Below the pieces are notes generated by a model. The model was not told where the DNA came from, searched no databases, and saw only the letters and a list, made by a program, of their open reading frames with translations. 64,000 nucleotides of DNA. It comes from Sporopachydermia quercuum (taxonomy: Eukaryota). Each line of letters begins with the position of its first letter. The stretch's first letter is position 1. The stretch covers positions 806,001 through 870,000 of the forward strand of contig BCGN01000006.1 in the NCBI GenBank assembly GCA_001599295.1, written 5' to 3'. Positions 22,578 to 37,618 of this stretch are shown in pieces. Position numbers and translations under genes: made by a program.

Positions 22578-25500
22578 TTAAATCCTTTCATGGATATTAC
22601 CTTTCCTTAATGCTTCATTTCGTACATGTCCACGATCGTCAATCTGGACAGTTCCAGTAGCTTCCAATAAACTCACATCTCCCACTAGTAAACCCAATGT
22701 CTCTAATACCTGATGAGGATCTAATAAGTGGGCTGTTGCAACAGTCATTTTTGAAGCAGGGCCAACAGTAACAGGGAAAATATGTTTACCGGCAAGAGAG
22801 TTAGAACTTGCTTTCAAAGCCGAAGTTTCCAGTTTACCGAGATCGAGAGCTGAAACTGATTGCGATGGTGGCTTAGAATCCACAACAGTTACTAGTTCCG
22901 AACCGGATTCCGTAAAAAGCTCAAAGGGTCTCCGGTACTTCTTATAACTTCCGGAATGTTTTCTATAGCTGCCAGAGGAAGATTGGGCTAAGAGCTCCGG
23001 ATTTTTCAGACTGTTATCGTCTAGAGGCTTATTTTCGCTCTCAGAAAGCTCAACATCTTTTCCGTTTTCTTCTGTCACAGTTACTGTGACATTCTCCACT
23101 TCATTATAATATTTTTCTCCAATATCATTCAACGTCTTAAACATATCTTCATCTGTGGCATCATCTCCAAGACATAACACAAAATCTGGTAATTTTGTCT
23201 CATTTTCCAAGACAAGTTTCTTGACTATTTCTCCTTTATTCACAAACCGAGGTCGGACTTCTATATTGGCTTTACCAGCCATGACCTCTACGTCATACTT
23301 TTTAGCAACAGTTAATTCTAAATGGTTCCGACATTCTCGGGCTTGGAATTGTCCAAAGTCAGGATCGGCCCTTCTATAATGCCATGTTAGAGCTGCTTTT
23401 TTAACTTCAATGCTAGACCCCTGTGTCCGTTCGGTGTAATACTGGAATATGTCCAAGACATCCTTCTGCCAAGCCATGTCAACAGACTCGGTTAGATTTT
23501 CCCATTTTGTGGATCCGACTTTTTTCAAGAAACATCCGTGTTCTGCTGAGAGTCCTATTGAAGGTAACCTAGAACCTAGCCAAGTCTCTAGGAAGTGTTG
23601 ATCTCGGCCTGAGATGATCCAAATTCTGTTCCGAGGGTCTGCCGAGAGTTTTTTCAAAAGGTTCATTAACCGGGTAGACGGAATAGCTGCTGCAGGATCC
23701 TGCACAATTGGTGTTAAGGTTCCGTCATAGTCAAACATGAAAAGCCGATCACGTGATTTCACATACAACTCATATAGTGCAGGTCTATCTAAAGCAGGGG
23801 TCACATGAGATCTTTCTTGAGACCGTAGTTCCGAACCAAGCTTGCTTAGGATCCGATGTGTCCAATGTTGTACGGTTCTTTCCGAGACCCGGGCATATAA
23901 TCTCTCCTCCCGCTGTTGTTTCTCCTCTTGCGACATATTCAAGCACTCATTTATTCGGTCAGCAACTGAGACTGTATCCCAAGGGTTGATCAGAATTACT
24001 CCCGCATCCCGAAGTGCTTCCGCCGTTCCGGTAAATTCCGATAAAAGCATCGGAGAGCAGTTCTCTTTTTGGCAAACGGCAAACTCTAATGACGTAGTGT
24101 TCATTCCATCCCGAACTGAAGTAATCAATGACAAATCTGCGGTCCGAAGCAAGGCTAAATACTCGTCTCTGGCTATCCGCATAGCATAATGAAGCACGGG
24201 AGTATAATTTAAGGTTCCATAAGTTCCGTTGATAAGCGACACCAATTCGGCAACTTTTGCTTCGATACGATGAGAATGGAAAAAACTAGGAGCAGAAACT
24301 TGAATTAAGACCACCTTCCCGATCCATTCCGGATATAAGGTTAAAAACAGATGGAAAGCTTGCAACTTTTGAACTACTCCGCGTACTGAATCTAGGCGGT
24401 CTCTTCCAACTATGATTTTGGAGTTTCGGAAAAATTCTCGGAAGGTTGCCGCTTTTGCTGCGACAGAATCAACGGATTCGTCGTCATGAGAGTGATCCGC
24501 GTTGAATAACTGTGTGTTTGTAGCAATTCCTTCAGAAAACGGATTAACCTCGGCATCAAGACTAAGAGGTGCGGAAGGCGGATTTACTTTTGATTCCGCT
24601 TCCTTTTCCGACTCGTTACTCTCAATCTTATTTTCAGCTTCACCTTCAGCTTTACCAAAACAATCACCTTCAACTTTAGCCACATCAATCCCAATCGGTA
24701 AAGCTGCAACCCGAACATGCACCCCAAAGGCATTCACATGTGTCGGAGATGCTTCAACGCCTAGCAACCGAGTACATGCAGAAACAAAATGCCGGGCAAA
24801 AGAATCAGCCTGAAATACAATCAAGTTGGCTCCTAACATTCCCTCTAATAATTGTTTCCGTTTTGATAAACATCGGAAGTATTCGGAAGACGGGAAGGGA
24901 GCATGTAAAAACAACACAATGTGGGCATCCGGAACACTCATCCGAAGCAACTGCGGAAGTAATAGTAAATAATAATCATTAACCCATATAATATCTCCCG
25001 GCTTATATAATTGGACTATCTTAGCAGCATAAGCCTCGTTGAACTTAATATAATCATGCCACCAGCGGGACTCCTCTCGACCATCGGAAGCTTGTGATTG
25101 AATATAATGTAAAGCGGGCCAAATGACATTCTCCGCATACCTCCGCCATCGGAGCTGATCTTTTCCGAGAAGCCAAATTGGGAAAATATTTTCGCAACCG
25201 GAAGCCGTTTTAATTTTGCTCTCAATATCTGATTTTTCATCATCGGAAAGATATAGTGGGTCATCCGAGCCTTCGGAAGATTCAGGACCTTCACCGGAAT
25301 GTAATTCACCAGTCCAAGCAACTAGTAAAGTTTCCCACGAGGTCTGTTGTTGTAGAAAATAAAAAGATGAATATAAAGCCGAATTTCCTCGGGCATGGTA
25401 AATTTTCCATTCCGAAGGCTTCATAGGTTCTGTTTCAGGTTCGGCACTACAGGTTGGGTTAGGTTCCGCATCCTTATAGATCACGTGGGGAATATTTGTC

Positions 25501-25640
25501 ATGGCTTTAATAATTCGGCCCGAGAAGCCAATTTCGGGAAAATCATCCCGAGAGACAAACGGGAATGATGCAGGTGATGCCGAGATTACTGGGTCGGCAT
25601 TTGGCTTCGCTTGTCGGTCACTCTCGGTATCAAAAACCAT
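22578..25640 (-). CDS. TPS2: Trehalose-6-phosphate phosphatase (GT20-like + HAD domains)
   Basis: GT20-like domain (DIIWVNDYYLLLLP, FLHAPFPSSEYFR, GRDRLD, RDGMN) and HAD phosphatase motifs (MFDYDGTLTP, ISGR, SAEHG, GDDATDEDMF). Confidence 0.96.
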   Translation of the reverse strand: MVFDTESDRQAKPNADPVISASPASFPFVSRDDFPEIGFSGRIIKAMTNIPHVIYKDAEPNPTCSAEPETEPMKPSEWKIYHARGNSALYSSFYFLQQQTSWETLLVAWTGELHSGEGPESSEGSDDPLYLSDDEKSDIESKIKTASGCENIFPIWLLGKDQLRWRRYAENVIWPALHYIQSQASDGREESRWWHDYIKFNEAYAAKIVQLYKPGDIIWVNDYYLLLLPQLLRMSVPDAHIVLFLHAPFPSSEYFRCLSKRKQLLEGMLGANLIVFQADSFARHFVSACTRLLGVEASPTHVNAFGVHVRVAALPIGIDVAKVEGDCFGKAEGEAENKIESNESEKEAESKVNPPSAPLSLDAEVNPFSEGIATNTQLFNADHSHDDESVDSVAAKAATFREFFRNSKIIVGRDRLDSVRGVVQKLQAFHLFLTLYPEWIGKVVLIQVSAPSFFHSHRIEAKVAELVSLINGTYGTLNYTPVLHYAMRIARDEYLALLRTADLSLITSVRDGMNTTSLEFAVCQKENCSPMLLSEFTGTAEALRDAGVILINPWDTVSVADRINECLNMSQEEKQQREERLYARVSERTVQHWTHRILSKLGSELRSQERSHVTPALDRPALYELYVKSRDRLFMFDYDGTLTPIVQDPAAAIPSTRLMNLLKKLSADPRNRIWIISGRDQHFLETWLGSRLPSIGLSAEHGCFLKKVGSTKWENLTESVDMAWQKDVLDIFQYYTERTQGSSIEVKKAALTWHYRRADPDFGQFQARECRNHLELTVAKKYDVEVMAGKANIEVRPRFVNKGEIVKKLVLENETKLPDFVLCLGDDATDEDMFKTLNDIGEKYYNEVENVTVTVTEENGKDVELSESENKPLDDNSLKNPELLAQSSSGSYRKHSGSYKKYRRPFELFTESGSELVTVVDSKPPSQSVSALDLGKLETSALKASSNSLAGKHIFPVTVGPASKMTVATAHLLDPHQVLETLGLLVGDVSLLEATGTVQIDDRGHVRNEALRKGNIHERI

Positions 25641-27856
25641 CGCGTTTTCCGTTATTTCCGTGATTGAGTTACTCCAGCTGTTTATCTGAACCCAGTTAAT
25701 TGCAAACGAATAACTTCCTCAGATATGTAAAGACTTATGATATTATGTCATAAATGGCTGGTGTCTTACTTGTGGTTCTACCGCTTCTGACAATTGGGCT
25801 TGAGCCGCTATTAAATCCAATTGTGAGTTAATACGTGTCAATCTTATCGTTGGTTTTCGTCTTATCAGATTTGATAAATAGCTTTTTACGTATAGATAAT
25901 ATTGATGTGCAAGATTAGTCGAATAAGCAGGATAATGAGAGGTCACAACGTGCACGAAGAAGAAGAGAAGAAGAAAAGAGGACAAACCTGGTTTTGTAGA
26001 TAGAAGGAAGTTATAGTGGTGATGCAATGACATGCAAAAGGATTAGGTTGTGCATGAGGTGACAGAAGGGTCTAAATGAAAAGGAAAAGAAAGAGGGTAA
26101 GAGGTGAGATTGGCAATTGATGGGTTAATTGCTAGGACAACTGCAGGTTTGAAAAGGATAATAAAAATAAAAATATATGTAAATAGGCCAAGTGGTTGTT
26201 CGGACAACTTGTAGTAGCTATTTCATTATAAGATTGGAGATTGACTTTTCTGAAGAACATTGATTAAGGGGAGTCTCAAAAAGAAAGTCTAATTAGAAGT
26301 AATTATGGAATGAAATGCTTTAGTGATAGATGCAGAACGTATGAGTGAATCAGAGATAACGCTACAATCTAACTGAACTGGAGGTTCACAAGATGAGAGT
26401 TTGAGAGAATTGCTTTTGCTTGGTATTTCAAACATTCAAACTCATACATATGTAATGTATAATAAAAAAAAGTACTATGTCATAATCTCATCTCTTATCA
26501 TATGTAAGTCACTAAATGGGGTCTGATGGACATACATCACTCAAGTTGAGCCTTTGTATGCAACTGTTTTGCATAGAGTCCCAACCTTAAACTATTTGGT
26601 CTTCTTTCCCGTACTGAATATTTCTATGTGTTTTGCATGTCAATTCATTCAATATTTTTCTTTCTTATGAGTTATTCTTCAACCGATAATGCTTATTAAA
26701 CTGAGTTATGAATTTTGAGAGCTGAGTTCATATATTCAGCTATNTAGCTATATTACATAAACGACAAACTGATGGAGCACAATATCAGTAAGTTCTCCAT
26801 ATGCATAGTAACGCATATTTGTGCATAGAAGTTTCTATAATTATTATTCCTCAGCATTCCATCANCTCAACTTGTTAATTGATTAAACAAAACACTACAA
26901 TAAAGCACTTTTTACAATCACAATTGTTTAGTAGGGACTGTTCTATGAATAGGAATCAAGTGTCAACAGCAAAACAGTTGACTGATAGAGCATACTGCTT
27001 AGTTTCGATGGCTGTCTAAAGAATGCANACAAGAGAGAACTCCATGTTGTATTGTAGAAAATACACTCTATGATCTATCCGGAAATAACTGACGAACTAA
27101 TCGCCAATTGTATTAAATATGAGCTAGATACATAGCGAACAAATTAGCACCAATGATCAGTTTGCAATTAAGCCAGAATTGACTATGGTAAATTTGCTAC
27201 ATCTACATTTCGAGGAATGTTCACTGAACGCTTGACCTGTTGCATTGTCTGAACGAGTCTCCCTGTGCCAAGGGTATTCTGGCTCAAATGCAGAAACACA
27301 ATCAACATACTTAACCTATATGATATGAACTCTGATTCTATTTGCGCGCGACAGAACTTTTGTGATAGATAGCAAGCAGAGAAAAGCAGCATTAAAACGT
27401 GACCTGGGTTACGATCTATGCGACAAAGATTTGTCACCTTATGATTTTGGGTTCAGTTAGAGAACTATGAAATCCAAGGACACATTTCGGCGAAAACCTT
27501 GGAATTTATACTACTTTAAGCTGGCTACATACTGGAACAAATTTGGGAACTATAGTTCTCACCCCTCTGACTCACAGTTTTTGTTTTTCCAAGAGCTCCC
27601 AATCATACATTCACATAAGAGACACACATCATGAAGGGGTGACATANAAATCAGGTAGTCCTTGACATGCACGTGAGCTAAGACTTTTTCTTCTTAATCT
27701 CTTTAAATTCTCAGGAACAAGCAAACAGGATACTAAAATACTATAAGTCAGACTCTTTCTACTTCATAAACAGTCTAAGCTCCTAGCAAAACTTATAACT
27801 CATCAATCTATTCACGTACTTTCTACTTTAACTAAGAAGCAGTATATCTTTAACTA

Positions 27857-29827
27857 TCAAAACCCTTCAATTCCATTGAAACCAATGAAGCCACATAACA
27901 TAAATATCTTATAATAATCTTTCTTAGATATAGTATTGGTCCAATTCCATGCACTTGTCAATCTACCATCAATACATGAACCAGCATCATAGAAATTATC
28001 AGCTCCCGAGCCATCAAAACCGTGTCTGAAGAAATCGCATAAAACAACTTTCTGTAGTGTTGGTTTACTACCAAATTGTCTTGTCATGTATTCTAATACA
28101 TGAGGATCATTTTCTTCCTCTGTTGATTTGAGTACTAGATCGATTGGATTTAATATCTTGGGAACTTGGACATACTTATCCAAGAAGAATAAACCATTTG
28201 GTACAGCATGATCCCCTAAATGAACCACGCTACTACCGATCCAAGTGCCATTTTTTTTACGAGCTTCACTAATGATTTGATGCATAGCTCTGCTTAACAT
28301 AGGACAAGATTTCACTCTGTTAAGACCTTGCCCTGTGTTTAAAAGTCTATATCTATCGGAGTTTGCTAGTAGATCTTCGTCAGCAAGAAACCATAATTTG
28401 ATCATATCTCGCATAATGAATGACCATAATGATAATGATTGTTTAACGTAGTAGTATTGTCTTTCATGATCATGCGATAGCCGAGCTCCTCCACGTCCAT
28501 AAGAGATTGCTAATGAGAATTTCTTACTACTGGCATCACTACCATCTAGTTGTGGTTGGAAGAATGATTCTAATCTTTCAATCATTCTTTTAACGGGTTT
28601 GGCATTAGCATTTATATATGCATGATAATCTCCTAATGAATATAACGCTTGTCGAATATCTTCCTTTGATAACCCAGTATTTCTACCGGAATATTTTGTT
28701 GCTAAGTATTCGATTGATCTTTCTTTCTGTCGAATTTCCTTATTAATTAATGTTCTGTTCTTACCAGTGGAGACAATTTCCGCAGTTGCATAAACTATTT
28801 GCTCATCATTCAGTAGCGCTACTCTTTTCTTGGATATTTCGGGATCAGTATCGTTATCACCCTTTAAGAATGAGTAAACGGTAATAATGGGCTTATAGAA
28901 ATCAAATTCCAAATGCTCTTTGATCTCAGGTAGCCGTGAATCCATAATCATATAAATCAATTTACCATATGTATCACGCATCTTTTCAGGGTTCATAATT
29001 TTATATCTTCTACCCAACTCAAAAATTTTCTTATACCATTTTTCATTTTCATGAAAGTTCTTTTCAATAAGCAATTCTTGCCCAATTTTTAAATTACTTG
29101 CAACAACAAGACCAGCAAGAATTGAACAGATTTCTTTAAGTTGAGCAACGATTCTCTTAGTTTTGCTCGAGTAAGCAATTATATCAACTCTATCAGTGTA
29201 TTCTGAAACGTTTAAGGCTGCTTCCAATAGTCTCATTAGCTGTCGTTCTTCACTAGTTAAACGTAAGGGAACATATTTTGAAGCTGATGCTATTTTGTCT
29301 ACCATGATAGCGGTAATAGGTCTCAACTCACCGGGTGAATCACTTTCTTCATTATTAGTTAACTCGCCTGCTGTAACTGTGACAATTGTTGAAGCAATTG
29401 AAGAAGAACTAGAGGTAGTACCAGTGCCAGGTGTTGTACCGTCGCTACTATCTTCAGCTTCACGCAAAGCTTTTTTTTTCGCTTCCATAGTAGCATAGGG
29501 AACAAAAGTGTCATCTTGAACACCAACCTTATTGTGTTGCTTACCATTTTCCAGTTGAACAATATGCTTTTGACGTTTACCAGTTCTATGAAGGAATTCA
29601 AAACATACTTTACAAAATGGCTCATCACAATCCTTACAAAACAGTTCTCGTGGCATATCACCACATTCCACACACAACTCTTCTCCTGCAAAATTCTCTC
29701 CATTTATATCATTTCCATTACTTATTTCAGATTCTTCATCTTGAAGCCTAGATTCCATATCCTCATCGAGAAAATCCAGGTCCGCAGCTAGAAGCTCCTG
29801 CAACGTTTTCCCCGCCATTTTCACCAA
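27857..29827 (-). CDS. B-box zinc-finger + DUF2009 protein (UPF0652-like), function unknown
   Basis: N-terminal CVEC...CKDCDEPFCKVC...H...H B-box; conserved C-terminal block GARLSHDH...HLGDHAVPN...FDGSGADNFYDAGSCIDGRLTSAWNW. Confidence 0.82.
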   Translation of the reverse strand: MVKMAGKTLQELLAADLDFLDEDMESRLQDEESEISNGNDINGENFAGEELCVECGDMPRELFCKDCDEPFCKVCFEFLHRTGKRQKHIVQLENGKQHNKVGVQDDTFVPYATMEAKKKALREAEDSSDGTTPGTGTTSSSSSIASTIVTVTAGELTNNEESDSPGELRPITAIMVDKIASASKYVPLRLTSEERQLMRLLEAALNVSEYTDRVDIIAYSSKTKRIVAQLKEICSILAGLVVASNLKIGQELLIEKNFHENEKWYKKIFELGRRYKIMNPEKMRDTYGKLIYMIMDSRLPEIKEHLEFDFYKPIITVYSFLKGDNDTDPEISKKRVALLNDEQIVYATAEIVSTGKNRTLINKEIRQKERSIEYLATKYSGRNTGLSKEDIRQALYSLGDYHAYINANAKPVKRMIERLESFFQPQLDGSDASSKKFSLAISYGRGGARLSHDHERQYYYVKQSLSLWSFIMRDMIKLWFLADEDLLANSDRYRLLNTGQGLNRVKSCPMLSRAMHQIISEARKKNGTWIGSSVVHLGDHAVPNGLFFLDKYVQVPKILNPIDLVLKSTEEENDPHVLEYMTRQFGSKPTLQKVVLCDFFRHGFDGSGADNFYDAGSCIDGRLTSAWNWTNTISKKDYYKIFMLCGFIGFNGIEGF

Positions 29828-30072
29828 TTAGAGCAAAATTGAATACAACAAATCTAAATCAGAACTTCTCCTAAAACATCACTCTCCAATACTATCATCA
29901 AATGTTATTTCACCTATTATGCGCATCAGCATGCTTACAATAGGTATTTATAAAACCACCTCATATATTTACATACTATACTTGCCTAAAATTGTTAATA
30001 CCGAGCATTCAATTGTGACAAAAAAATATTTTCTTGATTACCTTATCGGAAAGTACTTAATGCCCGAAAAAG

Positions 30073-30189
30073 GCGATGAAATTAACGTTTCAGTGAGCGT
30101 CCCATATCTCCTATAGTATAACCAAAACAGTATTTTATTTTTGGTGGGTGTCAATCCTTAAATAGAATTTAGTTCTCAAAAAATTTTTT
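30073..30189. promoter_or_regulatory. PAC-like (GCGATGA, 30073-30079) and RRPE-like (AAAAATTTTT, ~30179-30189) elements upstream of DBP2
   Basis: Near-consensus ribosome-biogenesis motifs 200-320 bp upstream of a Ribi-class gene. Confidence 0.4.
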
Positions 30190-30380
30190 ATTGCACAAAC
30201 AACGAGAAAGATTTTGTTCTTTTCCCAAATTTGTTTATATAGNGCCCAGTAGTCTTTTATTTGCCTCTGTTCTTCTTACATATTGGAAAAGAAATATATT
30301 TTCATTAAATAGTTTTTTCATACTAAAATCGTGCACATTATATGAATTGTTCTTAGTAGACATATAATAGAAGCAAATAA

Positions 30381-33523
<3,143 letters not shown>

Positions 33524-34207
33524 TTAAATGGAGAAAATCCTTGCTCTCATTTTTTTGTAAGGTTAACTTCTCTGTTGAATATATATATACATTTATTAAT
33601 TTGGGNCATTTGAGGGTTTCAATGTTATATTAGTTGTGAGATAGAATAGAAGGAAATGAAGAAGAGAAATAGTTTATTGGGATAGTGCTTTTATATCAAA
33701 TGTTTCTATTATTATTTATATTATTATCGTTTTGCTATAAGTTTATTAATCAAATAATTACAATCGTTTTTTGAATTTTATTGGAGCTGTAGTGCCTACA
33801 ATAAGGCTTTAAAGTATATTAGAAATAGTTCTAGTAAAAATTGAAGGATTTCTTATAGGTATTAATATTAAATATGAATGTACCAGATAACTAATCATTA
33901 TTTATAATGACAAATTTCTGTTAAAAGTATGTTTAGAAAAGTATAGGATTACAGCATTACTATGCCCAAGATTATACAGTTTCATAGGTACTACTTAAAC
34001 ACTACTCTTCATGTGCCATATATTTCATAATAGGTAATCGACACTCTTTTCCTAATAGGAATATATCTCAGCTATCATAAGTTCCAATCAATGGTAAACA
34101 TACTCAGACTTATTACTATTATACTCAAATATCATGCTTTCCCATCTATATATATCATTAACCTCAGCTTCACATTACGACAAGCCTTCTGCCCAGTTGC
34201 ATCTACT

Positions 34208-36634
34208 TCACCAATCCTCGTCTCCCCATCCTGAATCTTCATCAACAGGTATATTTAGTTGCAAACTTGACTTCCCAGACTCAGATTTGAGTTTCTGTTT
34301 AGGCTTTTCATCAATATTGCAAAAAGGATTATTAGTACCATTCACCTTTGATGATGATAGCTTCAAACCAGCTTTAGAAGAACTATGAGATTTCAAAGCT
34401 GGCCTGTTGAAAGATGAAGATGCAGTCTTATTTACAGAAGCAGAAGGTGATTTAACAGGTTCAACCACAGGTTCTTCATTAAAGCCCCAAGAATCATCAA
34501 CTTCTTCGTCACTAATAGGATCGTCAGCTTCAATTCTACTGGTACCGTTGCCATAATGGTAACCATTATTAATAACGTTACCAGTGGACCCTTTATTTGT
34601 AGCAAAAATCGAGCTTGCACTAGCATTAGTAGAAGAATAATGAAATGGTGAAGCAGCTGCTGATGCTGATGTTGATACTGAAGAATCGTCATCTAAAGCA
34701 GAATCCAATTGACCGACAACTGAATTCATTCCTTTAGAAAGACCGGTCAGAGCAAAATTTGCCAAGTTGCTACCAAAACTGCTCGCAGTGGTGGCATTAG
34801 AAGTCTTATCAAGACCATTTCCAGTGCTATTAGAGGATAGCAGATCGTCAAGTGTCTTCTCTTGTTCCAAACTATCCGAGATTGGCATTGAAGCAGAAGC
34901 ATCTTGAATCTTCTTATAAGCAGCATTAAATGCCTTTTCTGCTTCTGATCTCACATAGCTATGTGAATCAAGTAACCCTGGAGCTATAGCTCCAATGGCT
35001 TTAGAAGCAACAATTTCTGCAGAAAAAACATCAACACATTTACCAAATGCTTGCATAGCAGCTGCTCTTGTGGTAGGATTCGAGTCTTTCATTGATTTAG
35101 AGAAAGCTGTTACCAAAACACCTACACGAGTGCTTTGATTCAAATAGCGCGATAGCTCATATAAACAGACTATTGTTTGGGTTCTTAACTCTGGTACAGG
35201 GTCATTCTGTAACCTAGCTAAATGTCTAAGCAAATCATTGTTCAAAGTTCTATCTGCAAGCTTTGGAGCAATTATAACAATCGATTTCAATGTTTCCTCC
35301 CGAACTGTAGCAATAGTATCAGAAAAGCCTGTAGCCAAAGGAGGAAACACTTTATCTGTTACTTCATTCTTCGATAGAACATCGATAAACATAGGCAGGG
35401 CTTGTAAAAGNATTACTCTGATGGCTCTGTCAGGCACAATAAAAGCTTTAACTAACACAGGAGCTATCATTGTCTTGATCGAATCTATTTCTGGAGAACC
35501 ATCTTTTGATAGCATATAATCAGCAAACCTTAGGATAAATTCTAACAGCTTTTGAGATAACAATTTTTCTTGTTCATACATCTTCAGTAATTCAGGTATA
35601 ATCAGGTATTGTAAGAAACCTGAAGGAATATCATTTGGTGCTGTAGTTATTAGTTGGTTCACTTTTCCAAAGAAATCTCTCCTCTGCTCTTCATTCAATA
35701 CGTGAACTTCATTCGCTATTTGAAAGCATGATACTAAATCAGTGATAAAATAGCCATAACNATCAGAACGGCTATTTCCTAGACCTCTGCGCTCACCATT
35801 CTTTAAAAAAGCTTCAATGGTACACCTTTTAGCACTGTTTGATTGGACTAATCGTTTATAAGCCTGTTGAAGCTGCGATGGCATGTTTGAGTCTACTCTG
35901 AGCAATTGGTTAGGTGATTCAGGCAAACGACCATAAAATAATTGATAAATGAACAAACCGAGCATCCAGGAGTCGATTAGCGTCAAATGCTTCCTAGCGG
36001 CTTCTAATCCAGAGGAGGCAACCTCAGGAGGCCGTCGAGCATTGAATTCTGGCAATAAACTACTGTATCTGAATAATACTTGTTCCAGTTCTGAAGCTCC
36101 TCCAGATACGCCAGTCATCAGTTCAAAGCCGAAAAGCTTCCACTCACCTGCTCTGTTGACAAAAACTGTGCTTGGATTGAGATTTGCATGCACTGAGCCT
36201 CCTTCGACATTGATGAATTTTAGTGCTGTCGTGACCATATAAATACCAGCAATCAATCCCCCTTGGGTAAACTTGGTTGTGGATAATACAAGAACTAAAG
36301 GCTCAACAGGCTCTGTAGCAATATATAAATAACTGTCACTTTCATAAGCGTCCAGAACGGTTAAAACACCAGGTAATCTAGTAGCCCTTATTTTTCTGAA
36401 TGCGTTCTTAGCTAGAACAGCTTGATTATCTGTCGCAGCTTTCAAATCAAATTCAAAGACGGTACATTCTTTTCCATCGTCTTTTTTCTTGCCTTTGTAG
36501 ATGCTCCAAGGACATGTTAATTCAGTGCTACCAGAATTATGACTACTAGCTTCATGGATCTTAAGATCAAGCGTGAAAGGCAGTGAAACACCTTTTAACG
36601 ACACGGAGCTGATTGCTTTTGCCAAAAAGTCCAT
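34208..36634 (-). CDS. CEX1: SCY1-like pseudokinase + HEAT-repeat protein (Cex1/SCYL1)
   Basis: Degenerate kinase domain (LYIATEPVEPL, SVHANL...FVNRAGEWKLFGFE), HEAT repeats (PDRAIRV, GFSDTIATVREETLKS, NDLLRHLARLQND), acidic tail ending GWGDEDW. Confidence 0.9.
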   Translation of the reverse strand: MDFLAKAISSVSLKGVSLPFTLDLKIHEASSHNSGSTELTCPWSIYKGKKKDDGKECTVFEFDLKAATDNQAVLAKNAFRKIRATRLPGVLTVLDAYESDSYLYIATEPVEPLVLVLSTTKFTQGGLIAGIYMVTTALKFINVEGGSVHANLNPSTVFVNRAGEWKLFGFELMTGVSGGASELEQVLFRYSSLLPEFNARRPPEVASSGLEAARKHLTLIDSWMLGLFIYQLFYGRLPESPNQLLRVDSNMPSQLQQAYKRLVQSNSAKRCTIEAFLKNGERRGLGNSRSDXYGYFITDLVSCFQIANEVHVLNEEQRRDFFGKVNQLITTAPNDIPSGFLQYLIIPELLKMYEQEKLLSQKLLEFILRFADYMLSKDGSPEIDSIKTMIAPVLVKAFIVPDRAIRVXLLQALPMFIDVLSKNEVTDKVFPPLATGFSDTIATVREETLKSIVIIAPKLADRTLNNDLLRHLARLQNDPVPELRTQTIVCLYELSRYLNQSTRVGVLVTAFSKSMKDSNPTTRAAAMQAFGKCVDVFSAEIVASKAIGAIAPGLLDSHSYVRSEAEKAFNAAYKKIQDASASMPISDSLEQEKTLDDLLSSNSTGNGLDKTSNATTASSFGSNLANFALTGLSKGMNSVVGQLDSALDDDSSVSTSASAAASPFHYSSTNASASSIFATNKGSTGNVINNGYHYGNGTSRIEADDPISDEEVDDSWGFNEEPVVEPVKSPSASVNKTASSSFNRPALKSHSSSKAGLKLSSSKVNGTNNPFCNIDEKPKQKLKSESGKSSLQLNIPVDEDSGWGDEDW

Positions 36635-37228
36635 TGGTGTTTAGAAAGCTGATGAAAGTGAGATGCTTGAGATAAAGTAAGCAATGTAACTGGCTGACAT
36701 GAGTGAATGTCTGACCAGGTATTCACAGGGGGGACATCGCATTTTCTTTGTCCATAAACACTAGTAAAGAGGATGAAGTATATAATCAATATCGTGATCC
36801 TAGTATAATCAGAGGATGGGACGACTCGTCACGTCTATCACCGGAAAGAACATGTCAACACAGGACACNATGAATTAATGATTACGCGATCTAGTTAATA
36901 AAAAGTATTGACCTGAATTTATTATTATTCAATTGATAAATAGGAAAGAAGATCACATGATCATATACGGAGTAATAATGGAGACAATACAGTGGATATG
37001 GAGAATGGCTATAATTGAAATGTTTTATTATCATGAAGAATAGCCTTTTAAGATCCAGTATTATACAAATAAAGGTGTGGTAACGGGAATTTAAACCAAC
37101 AATGCAAATGTATGTAAAAGTTATTGTCAAGTGCTTGGTCAGTACCAGACATTAGATTATAGGCAGGTACTGCTAGCACAAGATATGTGCGATAGGATGT
37201 TTGAAATATTGAGACTAATATAAACAAT

Positions 37229-37618
37229 CTATGGTTCTTCCGTTGTGAAATTACCTTCTGTAATTCTGTCACTAAATTTACTCTCAACATGATCACATAA
37301 CTCTATCAGATTGTCAAGACCTTCGTTCAGTGCTTCTACAGCTGTAATGTTACCATAAGTTTGAATTCTAAGATTCATCACTGCTTCAGAAGGATGGGGG
37401 ACTGTGTAACCGCAAAATTCGACTTCAGGGTTCTTCATTATCATATATCGTAAAGCGTTTCCTAACGTATGATCTTCTTCTTTGATTTGAAATGAGGCTG
37501 CCGTGCCATCTTCGCTGTAACCAGATGGAAGAAGCTTAATTTTGGTTTTATCGACAAATTCTTCAACAGATTCCTCAACTACTTCAGAGGCATCATTCAT
37601 AGGATGATCTTCAGACAT
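37229..37618 (-). CDS. RPC19: RNA polymerase I/III subunit AC19
   Basis: ASFQIKEEDHTLGNALRYMIMKNPEVEFCGYTVPHPSE...MNLRIQTY signature. Confidence 0.96.
   Translation of the reverse strand: MSEDHPMNDASEVVEESVEEFVDKTKIKLLPSGYSEDGTAASFQIKEEDHTLGNALRYMIMKNPEVEFCGYTVPHPSEAVMNLRIQTYGNITAVEALNEGLDNLIELCDHVESKFSDRITEGNFTTEEP

Noticed and set aside
22578..25640. Horizontal transfer of TPS2 to explain its odd composition
   Set aside because: The protein is a typical yeast Tps2, and the same signature recurs in TOM1 and part of SCC4.
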